Positions 46,517 through 55,822 of a stretch of DNA of 64,000 nucleotides are shown piece by piece (within the stretch, counting starts at the first letter, position 1; each line of letters begins with the position of its first letter). This DNA is from Candidatus Latescibacterota bacterium (lineage in GTDB: Bacteria > Latescibacterota > UBA2968 > UBA8231), in assembly GCA_965217585.1 (NCBI GenBank), contig OZ244561.1, positions 864,001 through 928,000 on the forward strand, given 5' to 3'. The notes beneath the pieces were generated by a model. That model saw nothing but the letters and a program-made list of their open reading frames with translations, did no database searches and was not told the DNA's origin. Made by a program: the position numbers and the translations under genes.

Positions 46517-48907
46517 TTATTTTAACTTTTTGTTGTGGAGCAATATGGGATTGTCCCCACAAGTGTCAATGGACTTTTTTTGCGGCCACTTGAGATGCCG
46601 TTCGAGGAAGCGGAAGGTTCCCTGGCCGTTGATGGTGTGTCCGCCGTCGAAGAATTCGATCTCCGTTCGGTCCCCTAGCCCCAACAAGACATAGTGCCTT
46701 CGCGTCCGGGCGTATTCGTAGGCCACCCACTCGTCTGGTGCCACTAAATCCCGATGGCCGCGTTCCACCATAAAGGGCCGGGGACAGATCAGCCAGCTCA
46801 TTTCCCCATAGTTGAAGGTATTCGCCAAGTCGAACTGGGGCATTTCGTGCTCTTCGCTGAACATGTAGGAATAAGGTTCCAGCGAGGCGGCCTTCCAAGC
46901 CCACTCATTGTAGTTGGCCGAGCAGATGGACAGGCAGTACTGCTCCAACAGCGCCGGCACCCGCATGGCGGTCATGCCGCCGTAACTTAGACCGTAGAAG
47001 GCCATGCGCTGGGGATCGACGAATGCCAGCGCAGCCAGCCACGCTAGCGCGCGCTCGTGTTGGCGCACGATAAATGAGAAAAGGGACCTTTTCAGCGGAT
47101 TGGCCATCCGCTCCAAGACGCGGAAAGCATTTTCGCCGACATAGGGATTCTGGGGGGCATAGGTGACGAAGCCGCGTTCGGTAAGTCGGCAGGCATACTG
47201 ATTGTAACAAGGATCATTCACCTCGGGATCGGCCACATCCCGTGGCCGTCCTTCTAAGCCGTGCTGGCAGACTACGAGCGGGCGTTCTTCCCCTTCTTTT
47301 ATGCTTTTGGGTACCAACAGAATGCCAGAGGCGAAAACATCCCGATACACATCCAATACCACCTCGTAACCCCGGTATTGTGCTTCGTCGTATATCTGGC
47401 GGGTGCGCGGTTTGAGCGCCATGCGCGGCTTGGGCAGACGGCCGATGATTTCATCCCAAAAATAACGGCGGTACCATCTGGCGGCCCGCTGCCAAGTCGC
47501 GGCATTGGCGGCCTGATCGCCGGGGCAAATCCGGGGCAGGTAGTCGTCTTGCCGCATTACTTTTTTTCCCGCGTCCAGACGGCGACTAGGATTGCGGACC
47601 CAGAACTCTTTGCGCCGGAACTGGGCGGCGGCGAGCAGGGCTTGGGTATGGTCCAGCAACTGGGCAAATTGGCGCTCTAGGCGGGCCTGCGGGTCGGGGG
47701 AGTGAAGCTGTGCCCTAGGTATGGGACCAACCCGGACCAGCCGGGATTTTATCCCCAGCCCCCGCAAAAATTCCTCTAAAACGGCCTGGCTGCCCGGCGG
47801 ACCTTTAGGATTTTTGACTATGGTGTGCTGGGGGGCGGGGCGCAGGGGCGTTAGCAGTCGGCGAGCCCGTGCAAATTCTTCCTCGACTTCCCCTACGGGC
47901 GGAGTGCGCAGAACGCCCGGGGTACCCCCCTGAGGTGGGGTCGAGCCGGGGGGCGGACCGTCGACCTCGGGATGCTGACAGGCCTCTATACAGAGGGCCC
48001 GGGGTGCCACCAGAGTGGCCAGTTCCGCATCGCCGAATTCGTCCAATAGGCCAAAAACATTGCGGTATATGGGCTCGCGCCAGAGCGTCTCGCGTTTTTG
48101 GAAGTAACCACACACGGCCGTCGCATCAATTCGGGTATCGGCAGCGGCCCCGTACAATGCCAGCAGTGCGCCCTCTCCATAGCCGATGACGCCGATGGGG
48201 CGTTTTGTTCCTTGCTGGAACCAATCGACGGCGGCCAGGATTTTCTGCACCTCGTAGCCGATGATATGCCGGCCCAGCTCGAAGGCCGCCCGATAGATAA
48301 ATTCGCGGTGTGGCTGGTTGGTCATGGCCAACCAAGCTGCACCCGAATAGGTGGCGCGGCGGTCGATCAGCAACGGCACCAGCACGCGGCAGCCGCTTTC
48401 GGCCAAGCGCCGGGCAAACTGGGCGATCGCGGGCACCCCCGATTCCAGACCCACAAGCATTTCCGGAGTCCAGTCGCAGTCGGGCAGGGCCACCACATCT
48501 GCCCGGGGGCGCATATCCGGCTGGAGCAGCAGGCCCTCTGCCTCGACGCCTTTGATTACTGTCCAGCGCACCGCAAAAATCTGGTACCCGCGACCTTGGG
48601 CCAGTTGAGCTTGCGGAGCGTTTCTCCCGGACACATCCGTCGCAACCTGGAGCTGGACCGCCGGGCGTTGATCTGCAAGACCAATGATCTTCGAGAAGCG
48701 CTGGCGATTTTTTTCGATGGATTGGACGTAGTTTGCATGCGAGGAAAAATCGCGTTTCCAGTGCCGTGCCCGGCGGTCGATAGAGGCCTTTAGCTGGCGC
48801 TGGAGAAAGCGGTTGATTCCCTCTACCATCTGGTCGGCGAGATCTCCTTCCATTTCGAGGAGGGTCGTGCCAGCCAAGGGTTTGCCTGTAGGAGCAACTT
48901 TATTCAT
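46517..48907 (-). CDS. Duplicated alpha/beta hydrolase (dienelactone hydrolase-like)
   Basis: Two hydrolase repeats; second has VCQHGLEG, GLSYGG, ERGHRD and GGHTI; first has GYGEGA. Confidence 0.8.
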   Translation of the reverse strand: MNKVAPTGKPLAGTTLLEMEGDLADQMVEGINRFLQRQLKASIDRRARHWKRDFSSHANYVQSIEKNRQRFSKIIGLADQRPAVQLQVATDVSGRNAPQAQLAQGRGYQIFAVRWTVIKGVEAEGLLLQPDMRPRADVVALPDCDWTPEMLVGLESGVPAIAQFARRLAESGCRVLVPLLIDRRATYSGAAWLAMTNQPHREFIYRAAFELGRHIIGYEVQKILAAVDWFQQGTKRPIGVIGYGEGALLALYGAAADTRIDATAVCGYFQKRETLWREPIYRNVFGLLDEFGDAELATLVAPRALCIEACQHPEVDGPPPGSTPPQGGTPGVLRTPPVGEVEEEFARARRLLTPLRPAPQHTIVKNPKGPPGSQAVLEEFLRGLGIKSRLVRVGPIPRAQLHSPDPQARLERQFAQLLDHTQALLAAAQFRRKEFWVRNPSRRLDAGKKVMRQDDYLPRICPGDQAANAATWQRAARWYRRYFWDEIIGRLPKPRMALKPRTRQIYDEAQYRGYEVVLDVYRDVFASGILLVPKSIKEGEERPLVVCQHGLEGRPRDVADPEVNDPCYNQYACRLTERGFVTYAPQNPYVGENAFRVLERMANPLKRSLFSFIVRQHERALAWLAALAFVDPQRMAFYGLSYGGMTAMRVPALLEQYCLSICSANYNEWAWKAASLEPYSYMFSEEHEMPQFDLANTFNYGEMSWLICPRPFMVERGHRDLVAPDEWVAYEYARTRRHYVLLGLGDRTEIEFFDGGHTINGQGTFRFLERHLKWPQKKSIDTCGDNPILLHNKKLK

Positions 48908-49042
48908 GGGGTTCCCTCCAGAAGCCGTCTTGTCGAAGTTTGCTAAATCCCATTCTGACTGGTTGTTGCTCGGAATTACGGATACATTTTCATCCGAAAA
49001 AAGAATCGCTGGAATCCATCTCTACGGAAAGGGGTAACACCC

Positions 49043-49984
49043 ATGGAGAGAGCAGATTGCGAGTTTTTCAAAAACAACGGCTATCTGGTCCTCGGCAATG
49101 TCCTAAACGATGAGGAAGTGACCCGATGTCTCCAATTTTTCGACCACAACCGGAGCGAACACGCCTATCTGTGGCGCTACCTCGGACACGACACGCACCA
49201 GACCGGCAACACAGATTGCCTACAAAGCTGGTTCGAGGTGGATGAGATCGTCCGGCACCCCAAGATCCTGCCCATTGTGCGCGAGTTGATGGGAGGACCG
49301 CTCTGCCTGCTCGAAGTCAGCTCCCGTCACATGGACGTGCACCCCGGTGCCGTGAAGATCGCCCAGCAATGGCACCGGGACGTCCGCCATCTGGAGGGGC
49401 ATCCGCTGCGCATGAACTATATCCAAGCGATGGTTTACCTGACCGACGTGAACGAAGAGACCCATTGTTTTACCATTTCACCCGAATCGGTTGAAGACCC
49501 TATTCTGGAGAGAGACGCGCAACTGGAAAAGGGCGGCATCGAGTACCTCTACGGTCCGGCCGGAACGGTTATCTTTTTTAACGCCTCGGTGCTACATACG
49601 GCCACCGTGCGAACCACTGACTGCGAACGCAAGACAGTGCAAATATACTACTGCCATCGGGACAAAAGTCTAGGCAGCCTCGACATGGTGATCCCCGCCC
49701 GGCTATGGCGTGACCATCCCGATCCGGCAGCCAGGGAGTTCTACGGCCCTCAGGGCAAAGCGGCACCTCCGACTCAATACCGAGAGCTGACGAGTGGTCA
49801 TATCGACATCAATTTTTTACCCGATTCCCACATCTCCCGGACCCAAGACAGGTGTCCATGGAACGAAGCCGACGGCACGGACGAGCACCAATGCATAAGC
49901 ACAAATCAGGTCATTTGCCAGTACTTCCACGGCATTAGAAGGCCGAATATTGTGCAGTGCAGCTATCCCGAAAAGAAGGCCTGA
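49043..49984 (+). CDS. Phytanoyl-CoA dioxygenase (PhyH) family Fe(II)/2OG enzyme with Cys-rich C-terminal extension
   Basis: FFKNNGYLVL, WHRD, GPAGTVIFFNASVLHTA, RKTV. Confidence 0.85.
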   Translation: MERADCEFFKNNGYLVLGNVLNDEEVTRCLQFFDHNRSEHAYLWRYLGHDTHQTGNTDCLQSWFEVDEIVRHPKILPIVRELMGGPLCLLEVSSRHMDVHPGAVKIAQQWHRDVRHLEGHPLRMNYIQAMVYLTDVNEETHCFTISPESVEDPILERDAQLEKGGIEYLYGPAGTVIFFNASVLHTATVRTTDCERKTVQIYYCHRDKSLGSLDMVIPARLWRDHPDPAAREFYGPQGKAAPPTQYRELTSGHIDINFLPDSHISRTQDRCPWNEADGTDEHQCISTNQVICQYFHGIRRPNIVQCSYPEKKA

Positions 49985-49985
49985 T

Positions 49986-50969
49986 TTAGGACTCCTCCAC
50001 CGCCTGCAAGGCCGCGTGGATATAGCCGAAGGTATAGGCAAAGCCGACTTTGCCAGGTTCAGGGCCACTGATTCCGGGGACGTGGTCCGGCATAATCATG
50101 TACTCGTAGCCGACCTCCTTATACACCTTTAGCGCCCGAATCATGTTGATGTCGCCTTCGTCGGGAAAGACCTCGACGAAGTTCCCCAAGCCCCCTTTGA
50201 TGTTGCGGAAGTGGACGTTGAAGATCTTCTTGCGCTCGCCGAAGTAGCGAATGACATCGAAGATCTCCGCCGCCGGATTGACCAGCGCCTCGGACATGCA
50301 GCCCTGGCAGAAATTCAGCCCATTGTACGGACTGTCGTAGAGCGCGATCAGCTTTTTAAACCCTTCGACCATTCCCAAGGGGCGCGCCACGCCTCGATAC
50401 GTATTGCCAACGCCAATACCCGGATCGGACGGATGGCAGGCCATCTGGACCTTGTATTCTTCGGCCACGGGTATGATCTCCTGCAGCCAGTGGTCAATGC
50501 GCGCCCACATTTCGTCTTCGTCGGCCGGCCCGTCTTCGAACTCGCCCAGCGACTGGTCCAATTTGTCCAACTCAAAGGTCGATACCCTGGCCCCTCCGCG
50601 CCCCGTCTTCGAGGGCGTCCGCAAGTGGCCCAAGATGGTGATGTTGTAGTTGAGGCCGCGGATGCCAGCCTCGCCCGCCATCCGCACCGTTTCTTTCATC
50701 CAGTCGAACTGGCGGTCGCGCTCGTCGCTCGGTTTGAGAAAAATCGCCCCGGCCTCGTTGTCGTAGGCGCTGCGCGAGCCTAGGGGAATGTGGATCATCT
50801 CCAGGCTGATGCCGTGTTTGGCCCATCGCTCCTTCATCTGCAGCAGCATCTCCGTGCTCCATTCCCGCCACGGCGCGGCAGGCGTCTGATCGACGTTTTT
50901 GATGCCGAGTTGCGACAAGACCTTCATTTCTTCGTCGGTCTGTTCCCCGAATTGCGATCCGATGTACAT
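49986..50969 (-). CDS. uxuA: Mannonate dehydratase family protein
   Basis: IIPVAEEYKVQMACHPSDP, NGLNFCQG, FNVHFRN, FVEVFPDEGD, IMPDHVP; substrate not certain. Confidence 0.75.
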   Translation of the reverse strand: MYIGSQFGEQTDEEMKVLSQLGIKNVDQTPAAPWREWSTEMLLQMKERWAKHGISLEMIHIPLGSRSAYDNEAGAIFLKPSDERDRQFDWMKETVRMAGEAGIRGLNYNITILGHLRTPSKTGRGGARVSTFELDKLDQSLGEFEDGPADEDEMWARIDHWLQEIIPVAEEYKVQMACHPSDPGIGVGNTYRGVARPLGMVEGFKKLIALYDSPYNGLNFCQGCMSEALVNPAAEIFDVIRYFGERKKIFNVHFRNIKGGLGNFVEVFPDEGDINMIRALKVYKEVGYEYMIMPDHVPGISGPEPGKVGFAYTFGYIHAALQAVEES

Positions 50970-51038
50970 AATATCCTCCGAGTGGTCGGTTTAGAATGGA
51001 CGATTAACGTAAAGCCGTTGCAGTAGTGCGGCCACAGC

Positions 51039-51776
51039 CTAGCTCGGCGCATCCGCCTGGAAAAGCGTAACCCCCATCTCCAGATACTTGTCGCGTTCTG
51101 CGGGCGTAGTGCCCGTTCCCATGGCGATACGAATGCCGCTACCAGCCAATTGGGCAGCGACATTGCGCATACAGTCATCGACCGTGCGCAGCGGATAATC
51201 CGGGTGATTCTCCAAGCTGAAGGAAAGGTCGTTGGGTCCAAAAGTGACCACGCTCACTCCCGGTTTGGCTAATCTTCGAATATTGGTCACCGCTTCGACG
51301 GATTCTACTTGGATCGCCAAAATCACGTAGTCATTCCACCACGCCGCATAGGCTAGTCGGTCGATCCCTTGAGTTACGCCGCGCAGGCCACGGCGATTTG
51401 CACCACCCCAACTGCGCCGGCCGATGGGACCGTAATAGGCGTAGGCAATGGCGTCGTCTACGGTCTCGGGCTCCATGACCTCGGGGATCAAGACCGCGCT
51501 GAGACCCAAGTCGAGATAGCGCCCGACCATATAGGCATGCCGGGTGTGCGGAATGCGCAACTGCACGTCGATATCCAACTCTTCGGCTGCCCGGCAGTAG
51601 GCGACCAATTGCTCTTCGCTGAAGGGGGTGTGCTGGCTGTCGATCCAGATATAGTCGAACTCGCCGGTTGACCATATATCGGCCAATTCCTCCTTGGTAG
51701 TGGTCAGCGAGCCGCGCAGGGCGACTAGCACTTCGCCGTCTTGCATGCGTTGTCTAAGCGTTTTTTTATCCGACAT
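51039..51776 (-). CDS. HpcH/HpaI aldolase family protein
   Basis: FDYIWIDSQH, YLDLG...VLIP, YGPIGRRS, IQVES, GPNDLS; AGGAG RBS before ATG 51776. Confidence 0.88.
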   Translation of the reverse strand: MSDKKTLRQRMQDGEVLVALRGSLTTTKEELADIWSTGEFDYIWIDSQHTPFSEEQLVAYCRAAEELDIDVQLRIPHTRHAYMVGRYLDLGLSAVLIPEVMEPETVDDAIAYAYYGPIGRRSWGGANRRGLRGVTQGIDRLAYAAWWNDYVILAIQVESVEAVTNIRRLAKPGVSVVTFGPNDLSFSLENHPDYPLRTVDDCMRNVAAQLAGSGIRIAMGTGTTPAERDKYLEMGVTLFQADAPS

Positions 51777-51795
51777 AATGCACTCCTGTATTGGG

Positions 51796-51903
51796 CTAAG
51801 AGATTCTAACAAAACCTGCTAGGCGATCCTCGGAACGCGGGCGTCCCGCCCACTCATGTCATTCCCGCGAAAGCGGGAATCCAGTTTTGTTAGGGCCTCT
51901 TAG
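51796..51903. mobile_element. MITE-like element (copy 2, 108 bp) carrying REP-like hairpins
   Basis: TIRs CTAAGAGATTCTAACAAAAC / GTTTTGTTAGGGCCTCTTAG (17/20 complementary); internal GGGCG-TCC-CGCCC and GTCATTCCCGCGAAAGCGGGAATCCAG. Confidence 0.75.
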
Positions 51904-51971
51904 TCTAATTGAATAGGAAGGACCCCATGATTAGATTGGATAAAACTAAACAGGAAGGTGAAAAAATCGAC

Positions 51972-53870
51972 ATGAACGCGAAAGAACTTTCTTCTGCCCC
52001 GGCCCAACTAGCCTATAGCGAGCCAGAACAACTAGTACAGGACTTCGCCAGCCGAGGGCTGGTCGTCCTGTCTCCAGAAAGCCTAGGCATTCCACCCGAA
52101 GTCCACGAGCGGATCTACCAGCGCGAAAAGCAGGCCGTCGGCACTGGCGAACGCGTCACGCCCGAACTCATTCCAGACGTGCTCGAAGTAATCAACGCCC
52201 CCGGCGTCGTCGCGGCCTGCAACCAACTGGTCGGCGAGAATTGGGCCATCGTGCCGTTCACTCACAATGCAACCTTCTCCAGCGGCGGCCGCGACCAGCA
52301 CTGGCACAAGGACGACAACGGCCCGTTCAATAGCCGCAAACAGCGCCACCACCAAGCCGTGCAAATCGAAATGCTGTACTATCCGCAGGCGGTGCGCGAG
52401 GACATGGGGCCAACGGCGACCGTGCCCTACTCGCACTACTGGACCTTCAACCACGAAGAAAACCACGACAATTTCGCCGGGGCCGATCACCTCGATTTCG
52501 CCTACCACCTCAGCGGCATGGAGGGCCAGCTAGTCAGCGGCCCCGACTCGCAATACGACCCCAGCGATATTGTCCATCGCCGCACCGCGCACGACGTGCG
52601 CCTGCGGGAGGCAGTCACCAACCTAAAGTGGCCGCTGGTGCAGCCTTTTGAAGCGGCCCCGCTGCGCGCCGGCAGCGTCGTGTTGTACTCGCACAATACC
52701 TTCCACCGAGGCAACCACCGCCGCGACGATTGGCGCACTTGGGAAGATAACCCGCGCTTTATGTGGCGCTTCTGGATCTATCGCACCACGGACCCTGCCG
52801 GCAGCAATGGCCAGCCAGCCGAAGTGCAGTGGAACGGGCTTGGCGTGGACCCGCTGACCCGCATCGATCGCTCCGCCGCCAACGACGACGTCACCTCGGT
52901 TTGGCGCTATCACCACCACTGGATCCACACGGGCCAAACGCCACCGCCGCGACCCGAGGCCGCCGCCCTATCGTTTGCGGAGCGGGAAGCGGAGGCCCGC
53001 CGCTTATTTGCACAGCTCCTCGCCAAAGGCGAAGAGGCCGAGCCAGCGCGCATTGGCGCAGCGTACAAACTAGCTTCCATCGGCGACCCGGCGCTGGCCG
53101 TGCGGCTACTCAGGCGCGCTCTGTACAACGACCGGGAGAGTGTGCGGCGGGCCGCTACCTATGGCCTAATTGCCGTTGGCGCGGAGGCTACCGACACCTT
53201 GCTTGCAGCGGCGAATGCACCCATCAAATGGGTCCGCAAGGCTGGCGTGTACGGCTTGGGGGATGCCAGCCCCCTCAACAACGTGGTTTTGCAGATGGTG
53301 GCGAAGCGCCTGCGCGAAGATCCGTCGGTATATGTCCGGGCCGTCGCCGCTGGTACCCTCGGCTGTCTCGGCCGCCGCGCAGCCGCCACCGGGATCGGCC
53401 AAGCACTGATTCCCACCTGCCTCGAAGCACTGGTGCAGAGTCTGGGTCGCGAAGAAAACCGGCTGGCCATGGACCGGGCGCAAGGACGGAGCATAAAGTT
53501 CGTGCGGCCCACCGATGAGTGCGATGTCTGCGAGGGTGGCGGCGTCGATTTTGGCCTTGAGCGGTTCAAGCCGGTGCGCTCGGCCGTGCGCGAGAATGCG
53601 CTGTGGTCCATGGTCATCCTCTGTTCCCACGGCACCGCAATTATCGGCCCGGTGCTAGAGCCGACCACACGAACCTTGCAAGAAGTCATCCGCAGCGACG
53701 AAAACGCCATCTGCGTTGGCTTTGCCATGGATGCGCTGAGCCGCTTGGCCCATTTGCGTCCCCAAGGCGAAACCGCGAGCGACCTACAGGCGGAGGTCTC
53801 GGCGTTACTCGCAGAATCGCCCATGCGGTGTTGGGAATCCCTAGGCCGCTGTGGCCTCCGCCCCACATAG
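51972..53870 (+). CDS. PhyH-family dioxygenase fused to HEAT/PBS-lyase repeats
   Basis: WHKD, MGPT...PYSH, AGSVVLYSHNTFHRG; C-terminal RESVRRAATYGL, WVRKAGVYGLG and VYVRAVAAGTLG repeats; start uncertain (51909/51927/51972). Confidence 0.8.
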   Translation: MNAKELSSAPAQLAYSEPEQLVQDFASRGLVVLSPESLGIPPEVHERIYQREKQAVGTGERVTPELIPDVLEVINAPGVVAACNQLVGENWAIVPFTHNATFSSGGRDQHWHKDDNGPFNSRKQRHHQAVQIEMLYYPQAVREDMGPTATVPYSHYWTFNHEENHDNFAGADHLDFAYHLSGMEGQLVSGPDSQYDPSDIVHRRTAHDVRLREAVTNLKWPLVQPFEAAPLRAGSVVLYSHNTFHRGNHRRDDWRTWEDNPRFMWRFWIYRTTDPAGSNGQPAEVQWNGLGVDPLTRIDRSAANDDVTSVWRYHHHWIHTGQTPPPRPEAAALSFAEREAEARRLFAQLLAKGEEAEPARIGAAYKLASIGDPALAVRLLRRALYNDRESVRRAATYGLIAVGAEATDTLLAAANAPIKWVRKAGVYGLGDASPLNNVVLQMVAKRLREDPSVYVRAVAAGTLGCLGRRAAATGIGQALIPTCLEALVQSLGREENRLAMDRAQGRSIKFVRPTDECDVCEGGGVDFGLERFKPVRSAVRENALWSMVILCSHGTAIIGPVLEPTTRTLQEVIRSDENAICVGFAMDALSRLAHLRPQGETASDLQAEVSALLAESPMRCWESLGRCGLRPT

Positions 53871-53994
53871 CGCGATCTGCCGAACAGTGGGCCAAACAAG
53901 AGCTAGCTAGTGTGCGTGAAATTATAGCTAAGCGACGGCCCTCTCCATATTACTGCCAATACCGACAATCACTACCTGAAAGAGAGTCCGTACA

Positions 53995-54288
53995 ATGGCC
54001 GCGATCCTCAAACTTCAAGACGCCAGTAGCACGTGGCGTCAATTCATAACGAGCCTACGTACCAAGCCTCAGAAAGCCATCATACAAGACGAGCAGAACC
54101 GAAACTTGGGTGTGGTGTTGTCAATGGAAGAATACCTCCTATACGAGCAGGAGTGGGAAAAAGACTTTGCGGTAGTCGATCGCATCCAAGAGAAAATGAA
54201 GGGTTACAATTCTGCGTACGTCGAGAAACAGATCGAGAAAGCCGTAGCTGAAGTAAAGGCCGCCTCAAATCCCGCTAAGCCTCTTTAG
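53995..54288 (+). CDS. Phd/YefM-like antitoxin
   Basis: AIIQDEQNRNLGVVLSMEEY motif; directly upstream of a PIN remnant. Confidence 0.65.
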   Translation: MAAILKLQDASSTWRQFITSLRTKPQKAIIQDEQNRNLGVVLSMEEYLLYEQEWEKDFAVVDRIQEKMKGYNSAYVEKQIEKAVAEVKAASNPAKPL

Positions 54289-54291
54289 ACG

Positions 54292-54512
54292 ATGCTGTGC
54301 GTTGTACCGGATGTCAACGTACTGGTCAGCTCGATATTACTCCCTCTGGTACACCGGGCCGTATTTATGCAGCTTGGAGACGGCGGGAACTCGTATTCAT
54401 CACTTCACCAGCTATCATTGACAAGACTGTCGAGGTCTTGCGCCGCCCTCACATTATAGACGAGTTTCCAATTGACGAAGCCGATATCCAAGGTTGGTCG
54501 GTATTCAGATAA
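54292..54512 (+). pseudogene. PIN-family toxin, frameshifted and C-terminally truncated
   Basis: MLCVVPDVNVLVSS(I) in one frame continues as ITPSGTPGRIYAAWRRRELVFITSPAII...VLRRPHI after a shift at ~54335; stops early. Confidence 0.7.
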
Positions 54513-54685
54513 CCAGCCTGATCGCCCTAGGCAGCCTGCTGTTCAGCATCCTCAGCAAGCTACCCGGATAATCGCACCCGCGCCGCGGCTTTTGCGCCCT
54601 GTGCCTTCTCGACTGTTGCTGGCCGCCTGTCACGGCGATCGCGGCCGCTGAAAGTCAAAGTAACCCACTGCCCGAGGGATTCACC

Positions 54686-55210
54686 ATGCACAAAGTAACC
54701 GTAGCCCTTGCCGCTTTCGCCGTTTTCTTGGGCTGTGACGTAGGCAGTCCCACTTCGCCTAGCGCAGCCAAGCGTACCGAGGCTGCGGCCGAACAATGCC
54801 CGATGCCGATTTTGGGCATTGCGGGAACATAGGCGGGGTATAGCTCGTCTCGTGTTGATTGTCCAGCCTGTGATGGGTGGAGTAGCTGGGAGGACATTTG
54901 GACCGCGGACACGTTGCGGATAGAGCTTGCTCCCGATCCGAATCCAACGGGCGAACCGGGCGTAACGTATTACGACTACACGCTGCTTTCGTATTATTTC
55001 CCATCTGATCGGTATGATCCAGCACTTGCCGACTTGGGCTTGCCCAGCCTTTATAGCGAGCAACGAGGTAAAATGGGCTGTACTATGCGGACGGTGGTAA
55101 GTGGGCGTTCAACCCTCGATCCAGCCTCCGCCCTGCCACCGAGGTGCGCCCCAGTCCCCACGCCCGCGCCCGCTAGCCGTTCCCGCGCGAATTCATCCCC
55201 ACTCCTTTGA
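54686..55210 (+). pseudogene. Lipoprotein gene with in-frame TAG
   Basis: GAGG RBS; MHKVTVALAAFAVFLG-C lipobox; IAGT*AGY with TAG at 54830-54832, in frame with ORF 54914-55210. Confidence 0.55.
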
Positions 55211-55739
55211 TTACCTTGCCCTCGGGGCTCCCGCGCCAGACTTGCCCCTGACGGTCTATCGCCAACGCCGAGACCTTGTGCCCGGTCTCCACCAGGCGAA
55301 TCCGGCCGTCTTCAAGACAGGCTAAGCCGCCCATCGTGCCGATCCACAGCGGGCCGGAGGCATCTTGGGCAAATTTCCACGGCCACTGCATTGCGCCGTT
55401 CTCCGCACTCATGCGCCGACCGTCTAGGCTGATGATCCCCCGTTGCTGCGTCGCCAGCCATGTCGTACCCGTTGTGTCGGTGGCCATGTCGTACACCCGC
55501 CCTATGGACTGACCCGCAATTTCTGTCACGCGCTCTATGCACCGCCCCTCGACAAACCAGCCTATCCCTGCGCTGGTCAGCACCCGCATTGAGCCATCGG
55601 CTTGGGATTGTAGGTCCAATATGTCTTCTACCTGCATCCCGGCTAGCCCATCAAAGACGGTGTACTGGTGCCCTAGCAGGCGACCAAAGGACATTGGCCG
55701 TCGCGGGGCTTTTGCAGATGTGCTAGCACTCTTCATCAC
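55173..55739 (-). pseudogene. Fragment of a two-component-regulator beta-propeller sensor
   Basis: YTVFDGLAG, DTTGTTWLAT, QDASGPLWIGTMGGL and DRQGQVW blades; no signal peptide and no output domain. Confidence 0.6.
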
Positions 55740-55822
55740 TCGGCTCTCTTATAGTAGATCAATCAACCCTTTTTCCGCCGGCTGTGCAATCGCCTTGCGC
55801 GAGAAAGGGCCGCGCCGGCTTA

